Assembly: GCF_006345805.1 (NCBI RefSeq)
Contig: NC_043008.1
Location: 71,734,001 to 71,798,000 of the forward strand
From: Octopus sinensis
Lineage: Eukaryota
DNA: 64,000 nucleotides
Direction: 5' to 3'
A program made the position numbers and the translations under genes. A model generated the notes under the pieces. That model saw nothing but the letters and a program-made list of their open reading frames with translations. It was not told where the DNA came from and searched no databases. Of the stretch, positions 13,890 to 27,650 are shown piece after piece; positions within the stretch are counted from its first letter, which is position 1, and the number at the start of each line of letters is the position of its first letter.

Positions 13890-14432
13890 ATATGTTTGAC
13901 TTTTGCTTTACATTTGCACAAGCTGGCTCCAAGTCTCACCCAGAGATCTCAAGAGACAACAAGTTGGAAGTTCATGTTGGTGTCATGCCTAGGGTGCCAT
14001 ATATTTGGTTTTGTACTTAGTGTTGTACTAGTGAATGCCTAAAGAACCATACGAAAATTATGTTTGTTTTAAAACTTGAGATTACATAGAAAGTATTTTG
14101 CGTAGGATATGAGCAGTTTCCATGAGCACTATCTTTTGAATTTCTGCCATTTTTGGATTTCCTGGTGTCTGAGTTAGGTAGCAATCAGCCCCTTTTGCTA
14201 TCATTCCCAGGGCACCTATGACAACAGGTATTGTTTTAGTCTTCAGGTTCCACATTTTGCTGATTTCTATTTCCAGATCTTTATATTTGCTCAGTTTCTG
14301 GTAGGTCATGATAGATACGTTTATATCGATTGGGACAGTCATATCAATGAGGAGGCATGTTTTTTGTCTGAAGTCTTTTACTATGATGTCTGGCCTATTC
14401 GCGTCTATCTTTCTGTCAGTTTGAATGGTGAA
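13890..14432 (-). mobile_element. R4/Dong-like LINE 3' fragment, second family
   Basis: IQTDRKIDANRPDIIVKD..LLIDMTVP..KLSKYKDLEIEISKMW..IPVVIGALG..TAHILRKILSM; flanked by (TTA)n. Confidence 0.85.
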
Positions 14433-14458
14433 GTTATTGTTGTTATTATTATTATTAT

Positions 14459-14547
<89 letters not shown>

Positions 14548-14595
14548 ATACTAATACTACTACTATTATTATTATTGTTATTGTTGTTGTTGTTG

Positions 14596-14659
<64 letters not shown>

Positions 14660-14663
<4 letters not shown>

Positions 14664-14950
14664 TCTTCGCAACACAGTGTAGGTAAAGATGCACCGGAGC
14701 TTTTTTTTTATTTATCTGTCAAGTCACAAGGATCTCAGATAGTTAATACTTTCCTTAAGATGTGCGCTGTGCCCAATAAGGCTGCTTTTTGCAAGACATC
14801 AATCTTGCATGGGATTACCAGTTGTTTTAGTAAATATTGAAGTTTCAAAGGGATTGAGCCCAACGCTCCGATCACCACTGGTATCACTTTTACATTACCT
14901 ACTCGCATTCCATAGTCTTGCCATTTCCACTTTCAATTCGGAGTGCTTAT
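14660..14950 (-). mobile_element. R4/Dong-like LINE 3' fragment, third family
   Basis: LKVEMARLW..VIPVVIGALG..LQKAALLGTAHILRKVL on minus strand; (TAA)n tail. Confidence 0.8.
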
Positions 14951-14959
14951 TGTCGCTGT

Positions 14960-17900
14960 TATTATTATTATTATTCAGTAGTTTTATTTTTTATAGCGTG
15001 CTTTCACTTCACTACCGAGCGCAGCTCTGTGTGCCTTGGGTATGTGCTGTGATTTGTTGTGATGCTCTGATGGTTATTGTATGGAAAGTGTTCTGCGTAG
15101 GATGTGTGCAGTGCCTAGTAGTGCAATTTTCTGTATGTTATATGTGTTTGTAAGACCTGGTGTTTTTGTTGTATTTGTCTGAGTATTTTTTTATCATGCC
15201 TAATGCACCTACTATGATAGGAATTGTTTCTGTTTTTAGATTCCACATTCTGGTTGCCTCCATTTCCAGGTCTTTGTATTTTGAAAGTTTCTCCATTTCT
15301 TTTAGAGACACGGTGTCATCTGCCGGTATTGATACATCAATTAGAAAGCATATTTTTCCTTCATGATCTCTGACAACTATATCTGGTCTGTTGGCCTTAA
15401 TTTCTCTATCTGTGTGTATCGGCATATCCCAGAGTATGGTTGCTTTCTCGTTTTCTGTGACCTTTTCTGGTGTGTGCCTATACCATCTTTTTTCTGTTGT
15501 TATTCCATAATATTGGCATAGCTTCCAGTGTATGTAGGTTCCAACTCTGTCATGTCTGTGAATATATTCCTTCTTAGCCAGAACTGGGCAGCTAGAGATA
15601 ATATGATTTATTGTTTCTTGTCCATCTCCACATATTCTGTAGTTACTTGTAATATTTCTTTTCATTACATGCTTTTGGTAATTTCTGGTGGGGAGGCTTT
15701 GATCTTGTGCTGCAATTAAAAATCCCTCTGTCTCTGCTTTGAGTCCTGAGCTTCTCAACCATTGCTGGGATTTTTCTTTGTCTATTTCTTTTGCATTTAG
15801 TTTAGTCCAGTATTTACCGTGGAGGGGTTTTTCTTGCCATCATTTTATCATGGTTCTTTGCTGTTCTAGTTTTAGTTTGGATTTCATTTGTTTTATAGCT
15901 TTTGTTGTTTCTTCTTCTTCTTCTTCTTCTTCTTCTTCTTCTTCTTCTTCTTCTTCTTCTTCTTCTTCTTCTTCTTCTTCTTCTTCTTCTTCTTCTTCTT
16001 CTTCTTCTTCTTCTTCTTCTTCTTCTTCTTCTTCTTCTTCTTCTTTATATTTGTTAGGTGGTATGATTTCTTGTTTGTATTTGTCAGCTTCCTTAAATAC
16101 TGAGAACAGTTTTTTGTTTTGCTCGTGTTTTGCCGCTATTTGTATCAGTTGTCCTTCCGTCTTAAGTAGATATTTTTGCAGTCCTATGGTGGTTATTTTA
16201 TAGTAGTTTTCCAGCTGTATAAGGCCTCTACCACCTTCTATACGTTGTATATATAGCCTTTCTATGTCAGATTTTCGGTGATGCATCCTAGACCCTGTAA
16301 TTATTTTTCTTGTTTTCCTATCTATGTTGGTCAGTTCTTTTAGTGTCCAGTTAAGGTTATTGTAGCTGTAACTTATAACTGGGACTGCTAAAGTGTTAAT
16401 ACCTATTATCTTGTTTTTAGCATTGAGCTCTGTTTTTAGTATTGATCTAACTCGTCTATAATATTCTTTTTTTATTTTCTCTTTCATTTGTGTGTTGTGT
16501 CTTATCTAGTTCATGGATTCCTAAGTATTTGTAAGTTTGGCTTTGGTCTAATTCTTTTATTTCATTGGTTTTATCTAGTGTGATGTTGCTACTCTTAACT
16601 AGTTTTCTTCTTTTCAGGGTTACTTTGGCGCATTTTTCTAATCCAAACTTCATATCTATTTCTTTGGTAAATCCATGAACTGTCTTTAATAGTGTTTCCA
16701 GCTGTTTGTCATTTGTAGCGTATAGTTTTAGGTCATCCATATATAAAAGGTGGCTGATCGTTTTGCTGTAACATTTATATCCGCATCCAGTTCTGTTTAG
16801 CATATCAGATAGAGGTGACAGTGCCAAGCAGAAAAGGATTGGAGAGAGCGTGTCTCCCTGGAATATTCCTCTTCTAATGGGGATGGCTTTGGTTTTCATG
16901 AGTCCCTCTTTTGTTTGGAGCTGTAGCACTGTTTGCCATTTATTCATAGAGTGCCCAATGAATTTTATAATTGTTGGTGCTACTTTGTTAATGGCTAGTG
17001 TTTCGAGGATCCATGTGTGGGGGATGCTATCAAACGCCTTCTTGTAGTCAATCCAGGCCATACTGAAGCCTTTCTTCTTTCTGTGGCTGTCTTCAGTTAT
17101 GGCTTTATTGATCATTAGTTGATCTTTACAGTCGTATGAGCCTGTGCGGCATCCTTTCTGCTCTTCTGGAAACAGGTTGTATTAGTCTAGGTGCTTGGTC
17201 AACCTTTGCGATATCACTGCAGTAAATGCCTTGTACATCGTAGGGAGACAGGTTATTGGTCTGTAGTTTTCTAGTTTTGCTGTCTCATTTGATTTGGGAA
17301 TTAAGATGGTTTTCCCCTTCGTGAAAATTTTCAGCCAGCTTTTTGTGCATTCCTGTTAGATATTTCAACCAGAAGTTGGGGATCTTGTCATGCCCAGGTG
17401 CCTTCCAGTTGCTTAGTCTTTGCAGTGCCTGGGTGACCTCTTCAGTTGTTATGGGGATCCAAAGTTGCTCAGATGCTGAGTTTGTTATTTCAATACTCCT
17501 TTTTTTTCGTTGTTCGTTCGCCGACCATATTTCTCTTCAGAATTCTTCCACTTCTTCTGCCGTTGGTGCTGCAGTAATTTTTATTTTATTTTTGCCAAGT
17601 TCTTGGTAGAACTTTTTGGGGTTGGAGTTGAACTTTTTGTTTTGTTCAAAGAAGCACTGGCGTTTCTCGTACCGGCGGATCATTTGTGCTTTGGCAAGGA
17701 TATCTTGCTTTAGCTTTTCTTTTATTTCAGGTAAATCTTTTTGTGTGATGTTGTATTTGCGGAGTATTTTTGTTTTGTTTTTGTTGCTTAGTAGCGTTGA
17801 TTGTCTACTGATTTCATTAAGAATCGACAGATCTTTTCTTATTTTTTGTATTTTGTTTTGGATGTTATTTATCCACAGGATTTGTTTGGGTGGTGGTACT

Positions 17901-19063
17901 CCTGTTTGGACAGGTTTGAGTGAGTATCCAGCTTCTTTTGTGGCTGCAGTGGCTGCTGCGTATACTAAGTTATTTAGCTCAGTGATATCGCTTTTTGTTT
18001 CTGTGGCTATTAGATCCGTGACGGCTAGGTTAATACTGTTTATAATTGGTGTTGTTGTTTCGTCTATTCTGATTTTTGGGAGGTATGGTCGGTGGTCCAT
18101 TTTGAGCTCTGTGGTTTTTAGTTCTTTGATTATTCTACTTTTTATATTATCATATTCATTAGGCTCCCCTTCATTGTTTCCAGGTTTTAGATTTGTGTCG
18201 TTTTCTTTCTTATTTGTATGTTTGTTTGTCGTGTTTGGAGTGTTACATTTGTCTTCGTGTTTTACTGTTTCAGTGTTTATATTATTGGGCATTGTTGTCT
18301 GGCTTCTATCTACATTTTCCTGATGTTTTTTTCTTTTAGATGTTCTATTTCTATTTCTGAAATTTTTTTGCGTTGAGAATATATCTCCGTATATTTGCTA
18401 GTTTTGTTAGGGTTCATTGCTATATCCAAGTCTATATTTATGTTGTTTTCATTCCATATTTTATATGTATGTGTTGTTGTGTTTTCATTCTTTGGGTAGA
18501 GCGCTGCTGTAAAATAAGCATGTAGGATAGAAATGTATTCCTCACGTGTCCATTTATGTCTTTTAGGTTTTATTTGCGGGACATGAGGAACAACGTCCGG
18601 CCCATTATTTTGACGGTCGTCATTTTCGTAGGGTACCGGTCCGTTCATTTCTGTTGTCACATTGTTTTGCACGTGTAGTTTTTCGCACATTTTATGTTGT
18701 AAGTTTAATGTACGTACTTCCCGATTGCTATTCTTGGGTGGAATAATATCGGTGTTAGTTAATTTCTTCGTAGTTTTTTTGTACATGGTGTTTGGGGTCG
18801 GAGATGATCTGATGTTGATGGGTCGTAATGTTCCGCGCATGTTTACATGTGTTGTGTTCGAGGTGGAGATGATATCGAGTTAAAATACATCATTTCGTTT
18901 CGAAAATAGTAATAAATTTCAATGGGTATCACTTACTCAGATATAGTCCAATCCTTTGTCAGTAAACTTTTGGCTCCATACGATGTCTATGTATTCGATG
19001 TTTGTGGATAGATTTCGGAGCGCTGTTTTAACGCTCTCACATGTTTAACGTCCCCGGTGTAAT

Positions 19064-19066
<3 letters not shown>
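14960..19066 (-). mobile_element. Near full-length R4/Dong-clade non-LTR retrotransposon (RT + CCHC + PD-(D/E)xK RLE), inactivated by stops/frameshifts
   Basis: WIDYKKAFDSIPH, RGIFQGDTLSP, HLLYMDDLKLY, GGRGL, RHDRV..IHW, NRPDIVV..LIDVSIP..EKLSKYKDL; both ends embedded in (TAA)n, the known Dong target. Confidence 0.92.
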
Positions 19067-19106
<40 letters not shown>

Positions 19107-19118
19107 TATTATTATATT

Positions 19119-19149
<31 letters not shown>

Positions 19150-19163
19150 TATTATTATTATTA

Positions 19164-19211
<48 letters not shown>

Positions 19212-19213
19212 TA

Positions 19214-19244
<31 letters not shown>

Positions 19245-19290
19245 CATTATTATTGTTATTATTATCATCATCATCATCATCATCATCATA
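19067..19290. repeat. (TTA)n/(TCA)n microsatellite
   Basis: Direct inspection. Confidence 0.95.
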
Positions 19291-19390
19291 TGATGCGTTG
19301 ACATTTTAAAATCTTATTCTCTTCGTCATTATTCTCGTTTTGAAGAACTGTAAATTGCTATTCCCTGCGTAAAATCATATTTTATTTCAG

Positions 19391-19473
19391 GAATACTAGA
19401 TGGGAAAATGTTGTCGTTTCATTTTTAGCAACCGCTGGTCTTGGGAATATTAGAACGCCCACACTAAGAATCG
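19391..19473 (+). CDS. Candidate exon (NTRWENVVVSFLATAGLGNIRTPTLRI, phase 2->1)
   Basis: tttatttcag acceptor, atcg|gtaaag donor; start phase fits 1635-1674 and end phase fits 24478. Confidence 0.45.
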
Positions 19474-19919
19474 GTAAAGAATGTTCGTTCCTAGTCGCAA
19501 GAAACTCATATAAATGATGAATGATGTCAACGAAAGGAACTAGGATTCTGTATTAACTGATAAAATGGTGCTAAATAAATACCCAAAATATCAAAATATT
19601 TGGAGAAAAACTACGCCCGCAGGCATATTTGGAGAAGCCAATGTGCAGAAGATGAATGGTGCGGAAGATGATTGAAGTTAGAGGAAACTCTTGTATCACA
19701 TATAGTATGATACCTTACTCTGCATTTTCTATGCACTAAAGTTTAATCTTAACATATTTTGTTGCTTTTTGTCCCTTTACATCTATTTATACTATACAGT
19801 TATATTGTCACATAATTTTTTGCTACGTTTCTATATAACACCTTTTATATTATGCGTTTGCTCACTAGTAGTCCATAAATAAAAGACTACTACTACAGCA
19901 GCAGCTGCTGCTGCTGCTG

Positions 19920-19952
<33 letters not shown>

Positions 19953-20366
19953 TTTTTATTATTATAATTACTATTGTTGATGTTTTTGTTATTTAGTCTG
20001 TCGTACTATTATCAGAATAAATATTGGTAGAGAATAGTATCAATAATTGTCTAATTAGAAACAGAAATAAATCTTTAATGAGTAACTGGCAACATTAGGT
20101 AATGAACACAAGTAACGGTAATTAGCTTGCACAGGTATTTTATCAGATATTGAGGTATTGGTGTTGCTCTGGTTGTTGTTGTTTCTGTCGCCATAGTCGT
20201 CATTGGTGATGTTTGTTCTTAGATTTTTCTTTCCTATCAATATATCAATATTTTACTTCTCTCACAGGTAATAAAATGGTGAATATAGATGAAATGGCAT
20301 AGAATTATTAAGTAAGAAAAATATAAAAGCAGCAGTAGCAGCGGCAGCAGAAGTAGTAGTAGTAGT

Positions 20367-20423
<57 letters not shown>

Positions 20424-21056
20424 AGGAAAAACAAAATAATTGGTATAAACAGTATGTCTCTCTGTAATTAGCCACATTTTCAATATATTAAAATGCAAAT
20501 AGAATAAATAAAGAAAGAAAGACACGAAAGGACATTTATTAAAAGATTAAAAATAATTCTCTATATCTTAGATAGACGGTGAATATATGTATTTGCTACG
20601 TACTTAAGAACGAGGAAGGCAAATACAAAAATAGAATTGTTCTAAAGAGTCTACGGTGAAGACTACAAAAATATAACCGGAATAGATGAACATTTTACGA
20701 AAGATTTAGACAACGGATACGAATTTATGGATATTGTATAGTGACAGAATGAACTAAGTACACAAAATAGGTTTATAATATGGAGGCAACAAAGTAGAAG
20801 AACAAGAGAAAAATTAAAAGTAATAAACAAAAATTCATGAGATAAGCGATGCAAAAGAAAAAGGGGAAAAAAATGTAAACATGATAAGCGATGGAAATTT
20901 TGCGAAAGGTCATAAATGTGAAAAAAATCGAAAATATCATGGTCTAAATAATCTGGGAGGGTAATTTACATGCCAACAAATGCTGCAGTTGACCAGATCA
21001 CAGAAGTGCGACGAAATTTTTGACATGTTAAGAAATGAACGGAAATATATATATAT

Positions 21057-21285
21057 TGCTTTACTGCCCACAATGGGCTAAACATAGATGGGACAAACAA
21101 GGACAGACAAAGAGATTAAGCCGATTACATCGACCCCCAGTGCGAAACTGGTACTTTATTTATCGACCCCGAAAGGATGAAAAGCAAATTCGGCCTCGGT
21201 GGAAGTTGAACTCAGAACGTAACGACAGACGAAATGCCGCTAAGCATTTCGCCCGGCGCGCTAACGTTTCTGCTAGCTCGCCGCC
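21057..21285 (-). mobile_element. tRNA-derived SINE, family B (Nin-like domain)
   Basis: Reverse complement of the 26316-26545 element. Confidence 0.85.
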
Positions 21286-21399
21286 TTATGAAAGGAAATA
21301 TGTATATCAGTTATCTAAATGGGTTCTTCTGTGATGTAAATTTTTCAATATGGAAACATAATCTCAGATGAAGCTTCTTGCTACATTAAATAAATTGTT

Positions 21400-22250
21400 A
21401 GATAAATAACACTACTGGGAAACGCATATTTATTTTAGATTGTAATAAGTTAACCAAAGACGGATACCGTAATACAAGTGCCTTCAGATGGTCTTCAATG
21501 AAATTTTGGAAAAGCTTTAAAACCATTCTGCACACACTGCATCGGAGCATCACTAACATGTGGGTCCGAATATCGGCCAGGTCTATCGAGAAGATTGTAA
21601 TGCTGTTTCTTTTAGATGAAAAATGCAAATTGTGTTCCTATGTTCGGTAACTACGGTGAAACAGGATTGACTGAACTGTTTGAAATCATGACAGGTCACC
21701 TGGTTCTCATCGACTCCCTCTTAAGACAGAAGGAAGAGCATAGTCTTTAACTCTTGCAAGCTTAGTGAGACTGATGAAGTTGATGCCGTTAAGTATTTGC
21801 TTTTCTTCTTCTGGAATGACGTTGATGGGAGGAAGATAACAGACGGCCACTATTCAGAGGAGAAAAATCCTGGGCAATCTAATATGAGTCTGATACGTAT
21901 TTTGGTTGGGTTTTGGGACCAACCAGTTCAGGTGAGCGGGGGATAAACAAGCAATAAAAACGACAGAGGAGGTAGCAGGTCTGTGAGCTTACGTTATTGA
22001 GTAAATACTATTTAATCAAGGGTTATTAATTTTCGATGCTGTCCAAGACACCTGTGAATTTAGAAAGAGCACCGTTCTTGTTGTGGGTTCCACTTGAACC
22101 TTGCAGGGAGTCAGCGGCTATGGAAAACCGACATATTTTATGGCTTTGAAGTGAAGGATTAGCTTTGTTATGGGCTCTTAGGTATTATAAGGATGTGTTC
22201 TTCCAAATGCTCGGCGATAGTGAAATCAAGTATTTGAAGAGATAATGAGT
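21400..22250 (-). mobile_element. Possible highly decayed Penelope-type RT fragment
   Basis: Weak remnants FTVVTE..NTIC and KYVSDSY resembling PLE RT motifs; no intact ORF. Confidence 0.25.
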
Positions 22251-22699
22251 TTTTCAGTTATGTATTGTTAATGTTAAATGAGGGCGTGGTGTGATGTGTT
22301 TTCGTAATATAAGTTGTGTTTCCGCCAGAGGTATTCCACGGTAGAGCGTCACACAGCATCTTGAGCGGAAAATGAGAGGAGGACAGAATACAATAAATAT
22401 AATGTAATATATACATGACGTTCGGCTGAAAATTTCATCGGTGGATAATGAAGGGTTGATGCTAGAGATGTGTACAATCGCATGCTTTAATTTCAATAAC
22501 TGCATTGTTTCATTTTAGGTAAACGGATATCAGCCTTTTCAAGCAAGACATCAGAAGTACCGACTAGCAGCAGAGATATTACTCTTTCATCACTGTGATA
22601 CACGTTCCCAGTCAAGTGATTTTTCACGGTGGGTAACAAATAATAGCTAGATGGGGCCGAATCAGGACATTAGAGACGGTTATCAACCAGTTCAAAGCT

Positions 22700-23300
22700 G
22701 CAGTCAATGAAAACAATGTCTAATGTATCCCCCAAAACCCATACCATGACCTTCACTGCAGATGAAAATATCTTGGCCTTCTTTTGAGCAGGTGAGGAGG
22801 GGTGTATTCACTATACGGATTATGCTATTTTCTCTGGCTGAAGTGATGAGCTAGGAAACTTTAAAGGAAACGAGTTGGATCTACTTCAAACAATGTCTGA
22901 TTTTGGTAATAGCAGTGGCTCTTTATCATCAGTAGTATGTCATCCATTATCTTGTGGTGGAAGTTACAGATTGTTTAGACCGTGGGCTATCTTCAAGACT
23001 CTCCCTTCCCCTCCTAAATTCAGCTGGCCACTTTTGCACTACTGATAAAACTAGAGCATTTTGCCCTAATGTAGCAACCATGTCAGCATGAATATCGTTG
23101 CGGACTAAACCGTTTCGTTTTACTGCAGGTATATTAGAATATCATGATGTCAAATTTTGTCCATTTTGAAGAGATGTCATTACGAGTCATTTTGAAGTAT
23201 TCTTTGAACTGTCAGATATCAATGTAACCAGAAGGAACCAAAGCAGTTATTCATACTAATGGCTGAAATTAACGCATGTAAAATTTCACAACTTTAACAA
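22700..23300 (-). mobile_element. Mariner transposase 5' fragment
   Basis: MDKI start at ~23165 and HHF..PE..HPSSPAQKKAKIFSSAVKVM..IVFID, matching the mariner catalytic N-terminal half. Confidence 0.7.
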
Positions 23301-24477
23301 CACACTTTCATGGTTGGCCTAGGAGACTTTCAACCCACCCTCATAGAGTGAAAAGATTCACACTCAGCAAGAACATGTAATGTAGAAAACTACAATTGAG
23401 AAAGTGCTCTCACCGTGATCTTCAAGATATCAGGGATTTGTGACGTTCATAGATAACCCTATTGGTGGAGGTGCATTCTTCATTTCACTTTTCTTTATTG
23501 TTGTTATATTTTACATGACTAACTCCTCCGCCACTATATTCTTGTCTCCTTCATTGTATTGTCCGACATGTCGTGGATGATTGTGGTCATTTGTGAAATT
23601 ATTCATCATGACATTTTGTTTATATATATATATATATATCATGAAAGGCAAAGTTATTGTTGCATACATCCGAAGATAATATCTCTTATTGTGCGTTTAT
23701 AAGCACAAGCTTATGCATGTGTCTGTGTGTTTGGAGCGGGGGGCGTGCGTGTGAGTCCGTGTTTGTTTGTAGGTACTTTTTATATTAACTAATCTCTAAC
23801 TTTCCACACTTCATTTCGGTATTTTTTTATGAGACTAATGTTCATGTATTCTTATTTGCTTTTTCTTCCTTCTTTCAAGTTTTAGGCAGAATTATTCATT
23901 TTCCTTTTTATCATTCATCTTTTTGTTATTCATTCTCTACGTTATTATTTACATTCATACCAATCAAAATGTATGTTCTATTATTGAAGATATGAAACAG
24001 TTACAGCAAACACAATAGAATATATATTGTAGGTATCTTACATCAAACACAAAAACACAGGCACACACAAACATACACACATACTGATATACATACATAC
24101 ACGCTACAAAATATATCGCTGCGCCTAACGTACAATCAATATAGAGTATATCTACAAATATATTAACCATATTTACACAACACAGCAAGGATTCAAACAA
24201 ATATGTTTTCATGAACATCTTAACGTTTAATGATTTATTTTATTCAACCAATCATTAAATAAAAATATATATCCATGTAACTCCTAACCAACTGAAATCC
24301 ACATCATGTACAAACTCATAAATTAAAGCCATAATAGCAGTGTTTGTGTTAAAAACTTCCCAGCATGTAACCCATGCATCTACTCACTATTAATCTTTAT
24401 AATTTGCTGTTGAAAACAGCGACAAAAATATGTCGAATATAATCTTTTATGAATGTATATTTACAATTTCGTCTCAG

Positions 24478-24570
24478 AATACTTCTTCCCGAAGAAATTT
24501 CAATGTCAACCGAGCAATGATATCCGATATATAAAAGCAAATTGTACAGACAATAATCACCTGACGATCG
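24478..24570 (+). CDS. Candidate symmetric exon (EYFFPKKFQCQPSNDIRYIKANCTDNNHLTI, phase 1->1)
   Basis: tttcgtctcag acceptor, atcg|gtaatg donor, 93 nt open frame, N-C-T sequon. Confidence 0.45.
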
Positions 24571-25201
24571 GTAATGTGAAACATTGCCGTGCGATTCACA
24601 AAAGGCGATCGTATATTGATGTGCCTTTAGTACATGACTTTTTTGTATAATGTCATACGCTAAACATACATACACACAGCCGCCCGCTCACACTGACACC
24701 TTTTTGTCTGTGCGTCTCTCTCTGTCTGTCTGTTTGGTTGTCCCTGTCTCTATCTGTATATATACATAGATTACTATATATAACTATACATATACACGCA
24801 TATATTTCTGTATCTATTTCGGCATGGTGGTGTCTCTCAGACACCCTTATTTTTAGTTGTAAAAAATTACTACCTTTGTATGGTATTTTTCCCATGCTGG
24901 CCACTTGATAATATCGATATCATCTTTATTTATAATGTGGGTGAGAGACATATCTTGCAAAACCTGAAACCTGCAGGTACCACATTATCCATTTTCCGGG
25001 TGTTTCATCTTTCAGATGTTCTCCCTGGAGGTAAGACGGTTTTTTTTCTCTATTTTGTTGCACACACGCATTTTTACTAATACATACGCGGTGAAGCTAC
25101 ACATTAGCGTCGTATTTTTACGTTCGCTATTTCTAGTAAATATCGGTACTTAGTTGTGCCATTTATTTACTAATTTGTATATATAAATATATATATATAT
25201 A

Positions 25202-25610
25202 GGCGCAGGAGTGGCTGCGTGGTAAGTAGCTTGCTAACCAACCACATGGTTCCGGGTTCAGTTCCACTGCGTGGCATCTTGGGCAAGTGTCTTCTGCTAT
25301 AGCCTCGGGCCGACCAATGCCTTGTGAATGGATTTGGTAGACGGAAACTGAAAGAAGCCTGTCGTATATATATGTATATATGTGTGTGTGTTTGTGTGTG
25401 TCTGTGATTGTCCCCCTAGCATTGCTTGACAACCGATGCTGGTCTGTTTACGTCCCCGTCACTTAGCGATTCGGCAAAAGAGACCGATAGAATAAGTACT
25501 AGGCTTACAAAGAATAAGTCCTGGGGTCGATTTGCTCGACTAAAGGCGGTGCTCCAGCATGGCCGCAGTAAAATGACTGAAACAAGTAAAAGAGTAAAAG
25601 AGTAAAGAGT
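25202..25610 (+). mobile_element. tRNA-derived SINE, family A
   Basis: Near-identical to 7010-7426. Confidence 0.9.
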
Positions 25611-25640
25611 ATATGTGTGTGTGTGTGTGTGTGTGTATGT

Positions 25641-26832
25641 ATATGTAAAAAAATACTAACTGGGACAAGAATGCAAAACATTTAGAAGATGATACAAAAA
25701 TATGGACGGGACATTCGAAGCCTTCAATTTTCAGTCAAGAACCGGATCATCCTCGCAATTTCGGCTGATTAATCTTGAGATTGCTCCGACCTGGCCAGCC
25801 CCAAAGTAAAATCTAAGCCAAGCGCATTAGATTCCTTGGAAGAAAGCATCGAATGTATACAAAACAAGGACGGGAACGAATAAGAATACAAAAATACGTA
25901 AAAACAATAATGATAATAATAATAACAAAAACAGGACGTCACAGACAGGCGTCTTTTCGACAGGACGAGTAAACTTGAGCTGGCGCAATTAGAAAATGCC
26001 TTGAGGTGAAGAGAGAAAAAAGAATGTGTCTTGCCTCGGCGGCTGCTGACCACGAAAAGGCAGGACAGCAGTCCAAAGGCAGTCACGTGTGAGAAGAGAG
26101 AGGAAAATAGGGACAGAGGAAGAGAGAAAAAAGGGAACAAGGAACAAAGAAGGAGGAGAAGAGAGAGAGAGAAAGAGACAGATCAAAGTGGAGTGCAAAG
26201 TGTGAAAGGCAGAGAAATGTTGGAGAGGGGGAGAGAGAGAGACAGTGTTATAGAGTCGTACCAAGTTTAAAGTAAAATGTACTACATACAAGACCAAAAA
26301 GGGTACGGAAGTCGCGGCGGCGAGCTGGCAGAAACGTTAGCGCGCCGGGCGAAATGCTTAGCGGTATTTCGTCTGTCGTTACGTTCTGAGTTCAAATTCC
26401 GTCGAGGTCGACTTTGCCTTTCATCCTTTCGGGGTCGATAAATAAAGTACCAGTTTCGCACTGGGTCGATGTAATTGACTTAATCCCTTTGTCTGTCCTT
26501 GTTTGTCCCCTCTATGTTTAGCCCGTTGTGGGTAGTAAAGAAATATATATATATGTATATGTAAAAAAAATACAAACTGGGACAAGAACGCAAAACATTT
26601 AGAAGATGATACAAAAAACACGGACGGGACATTCGAAGCCTTCAATCTTCAGTCAAGAACCGGATTATCCTCGCAATTTCGGCTGATTAATCTTGAGATT
26701 GCTCCGACCTGGCCAGCCCTAAAGGAAAATCTAAGCCAAGCGCATTAGTTACCTTGGAAGAAAGCATCGAATGTATACAAAACAAGGACGGAAACGAATA
26801 AGAATACAAAAATACGTAAAAATAATAATGAT

Positions 26833-26835
<3 letters not shown>
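25641..26835. repeat. ~280-bp direct repeat (25641-25925 / 26557-26835) of an unclassified retroelement-terminus-like repeat
   Basis: aactgggacaagaa..cgggacattcgaagccttcaa..cctcgcaatttcggctgattaatcttgagattgctccgacctggccagcc present twice; distant relative at ~11900-12230. Confidence 0.8.
26316..26545 (+). mobile_element. tRNA-derived SINE, family B (Nin-like domain)
   Basis: ggcggcgagctggcagaa head, gagttcaaattcc B box, gcctttcatcctttcggggtcgataaa Nin-like central motif. Confidence 0.88.
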
Positions 26836-26866
<31 letters not shown>

Positions 26867-27456
26867 TATAGATATATATATGCGCATCTATAATTTGTAC
26901 ATATGTAAATATGTGCATATTGTATAGTTATATGTTTGTGTGTGTAAGTGAAGATGTGTATATGTATATATATGTTATCTTGTATATTTTTGCGTAGGTG
27001 CAAGTCTTACAAATACAGCATATACATTTAAATACTTTAGGATATGCTGTGTAGTATATTCATCATTCGATGAGAATTTACAGAATTAATTCTGTTTTGG
27101 TTACAACTGATCCTGTTCACAGTAGGTAACAATATTGTATATCAAAGTGAAATATTCTTCTTCTGAAGGGAAGGTTGGGTGTGATGAGTAATCCACTTCT
27201 GACTGTGAACAAAGAGAAAAAAGGTTGAATAATTTGATACGTTATCTACACACTTATAAATACACGGATATAAAAGAACAGCCTTAGTGCAGGGCGACAT
27301 AGTGGGATCTCAGTTAATGAAGCAAAAATAGAGAATATATACACACGTGTGTTAGTGTGTATGTGTGTGACTGTGTGTGTAACTGTGTATGTTTATCTGA
27401 ATTTATATATATATGTGTTGATGCATTTTGTTTATATTAATATTAGACGAGTATAA

Positions 27457-27650
27457 GGCGATATGCAGGTAGTATCGTTACGGCACCTGACAAAATGCAT
27501 TATGTTATGTCTTCCAACTTTAAGATCTGGGTTCAGACGCCACCGGTTTCAACTGTGCATTTCATCCTTTCGGGGTTCAGCACAATAAATAACAGTGCAG
27601 CACGGGCGTCGATGTAATCGACTAACCCCTATCTCCTAAATTGCTTGTAC
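27457..27650 (+). mobile_element. Diverged family B SINE
   Basis: gcatttcatcctttcggggt..gtcgatgtaatcgact. Confidence 0.6.

Noticed and set aside
17616-18323. 235-aa hydrophobic + strand ORF
   Set aside because: Antisense shadow of the A-rich Dong LINE ORF
19410-19465. SFLATAGLGNIRTPT resembling a K+ channel pore loop
   Set aside because: No flanking transmembrane helices in the joined exons; similarity too short
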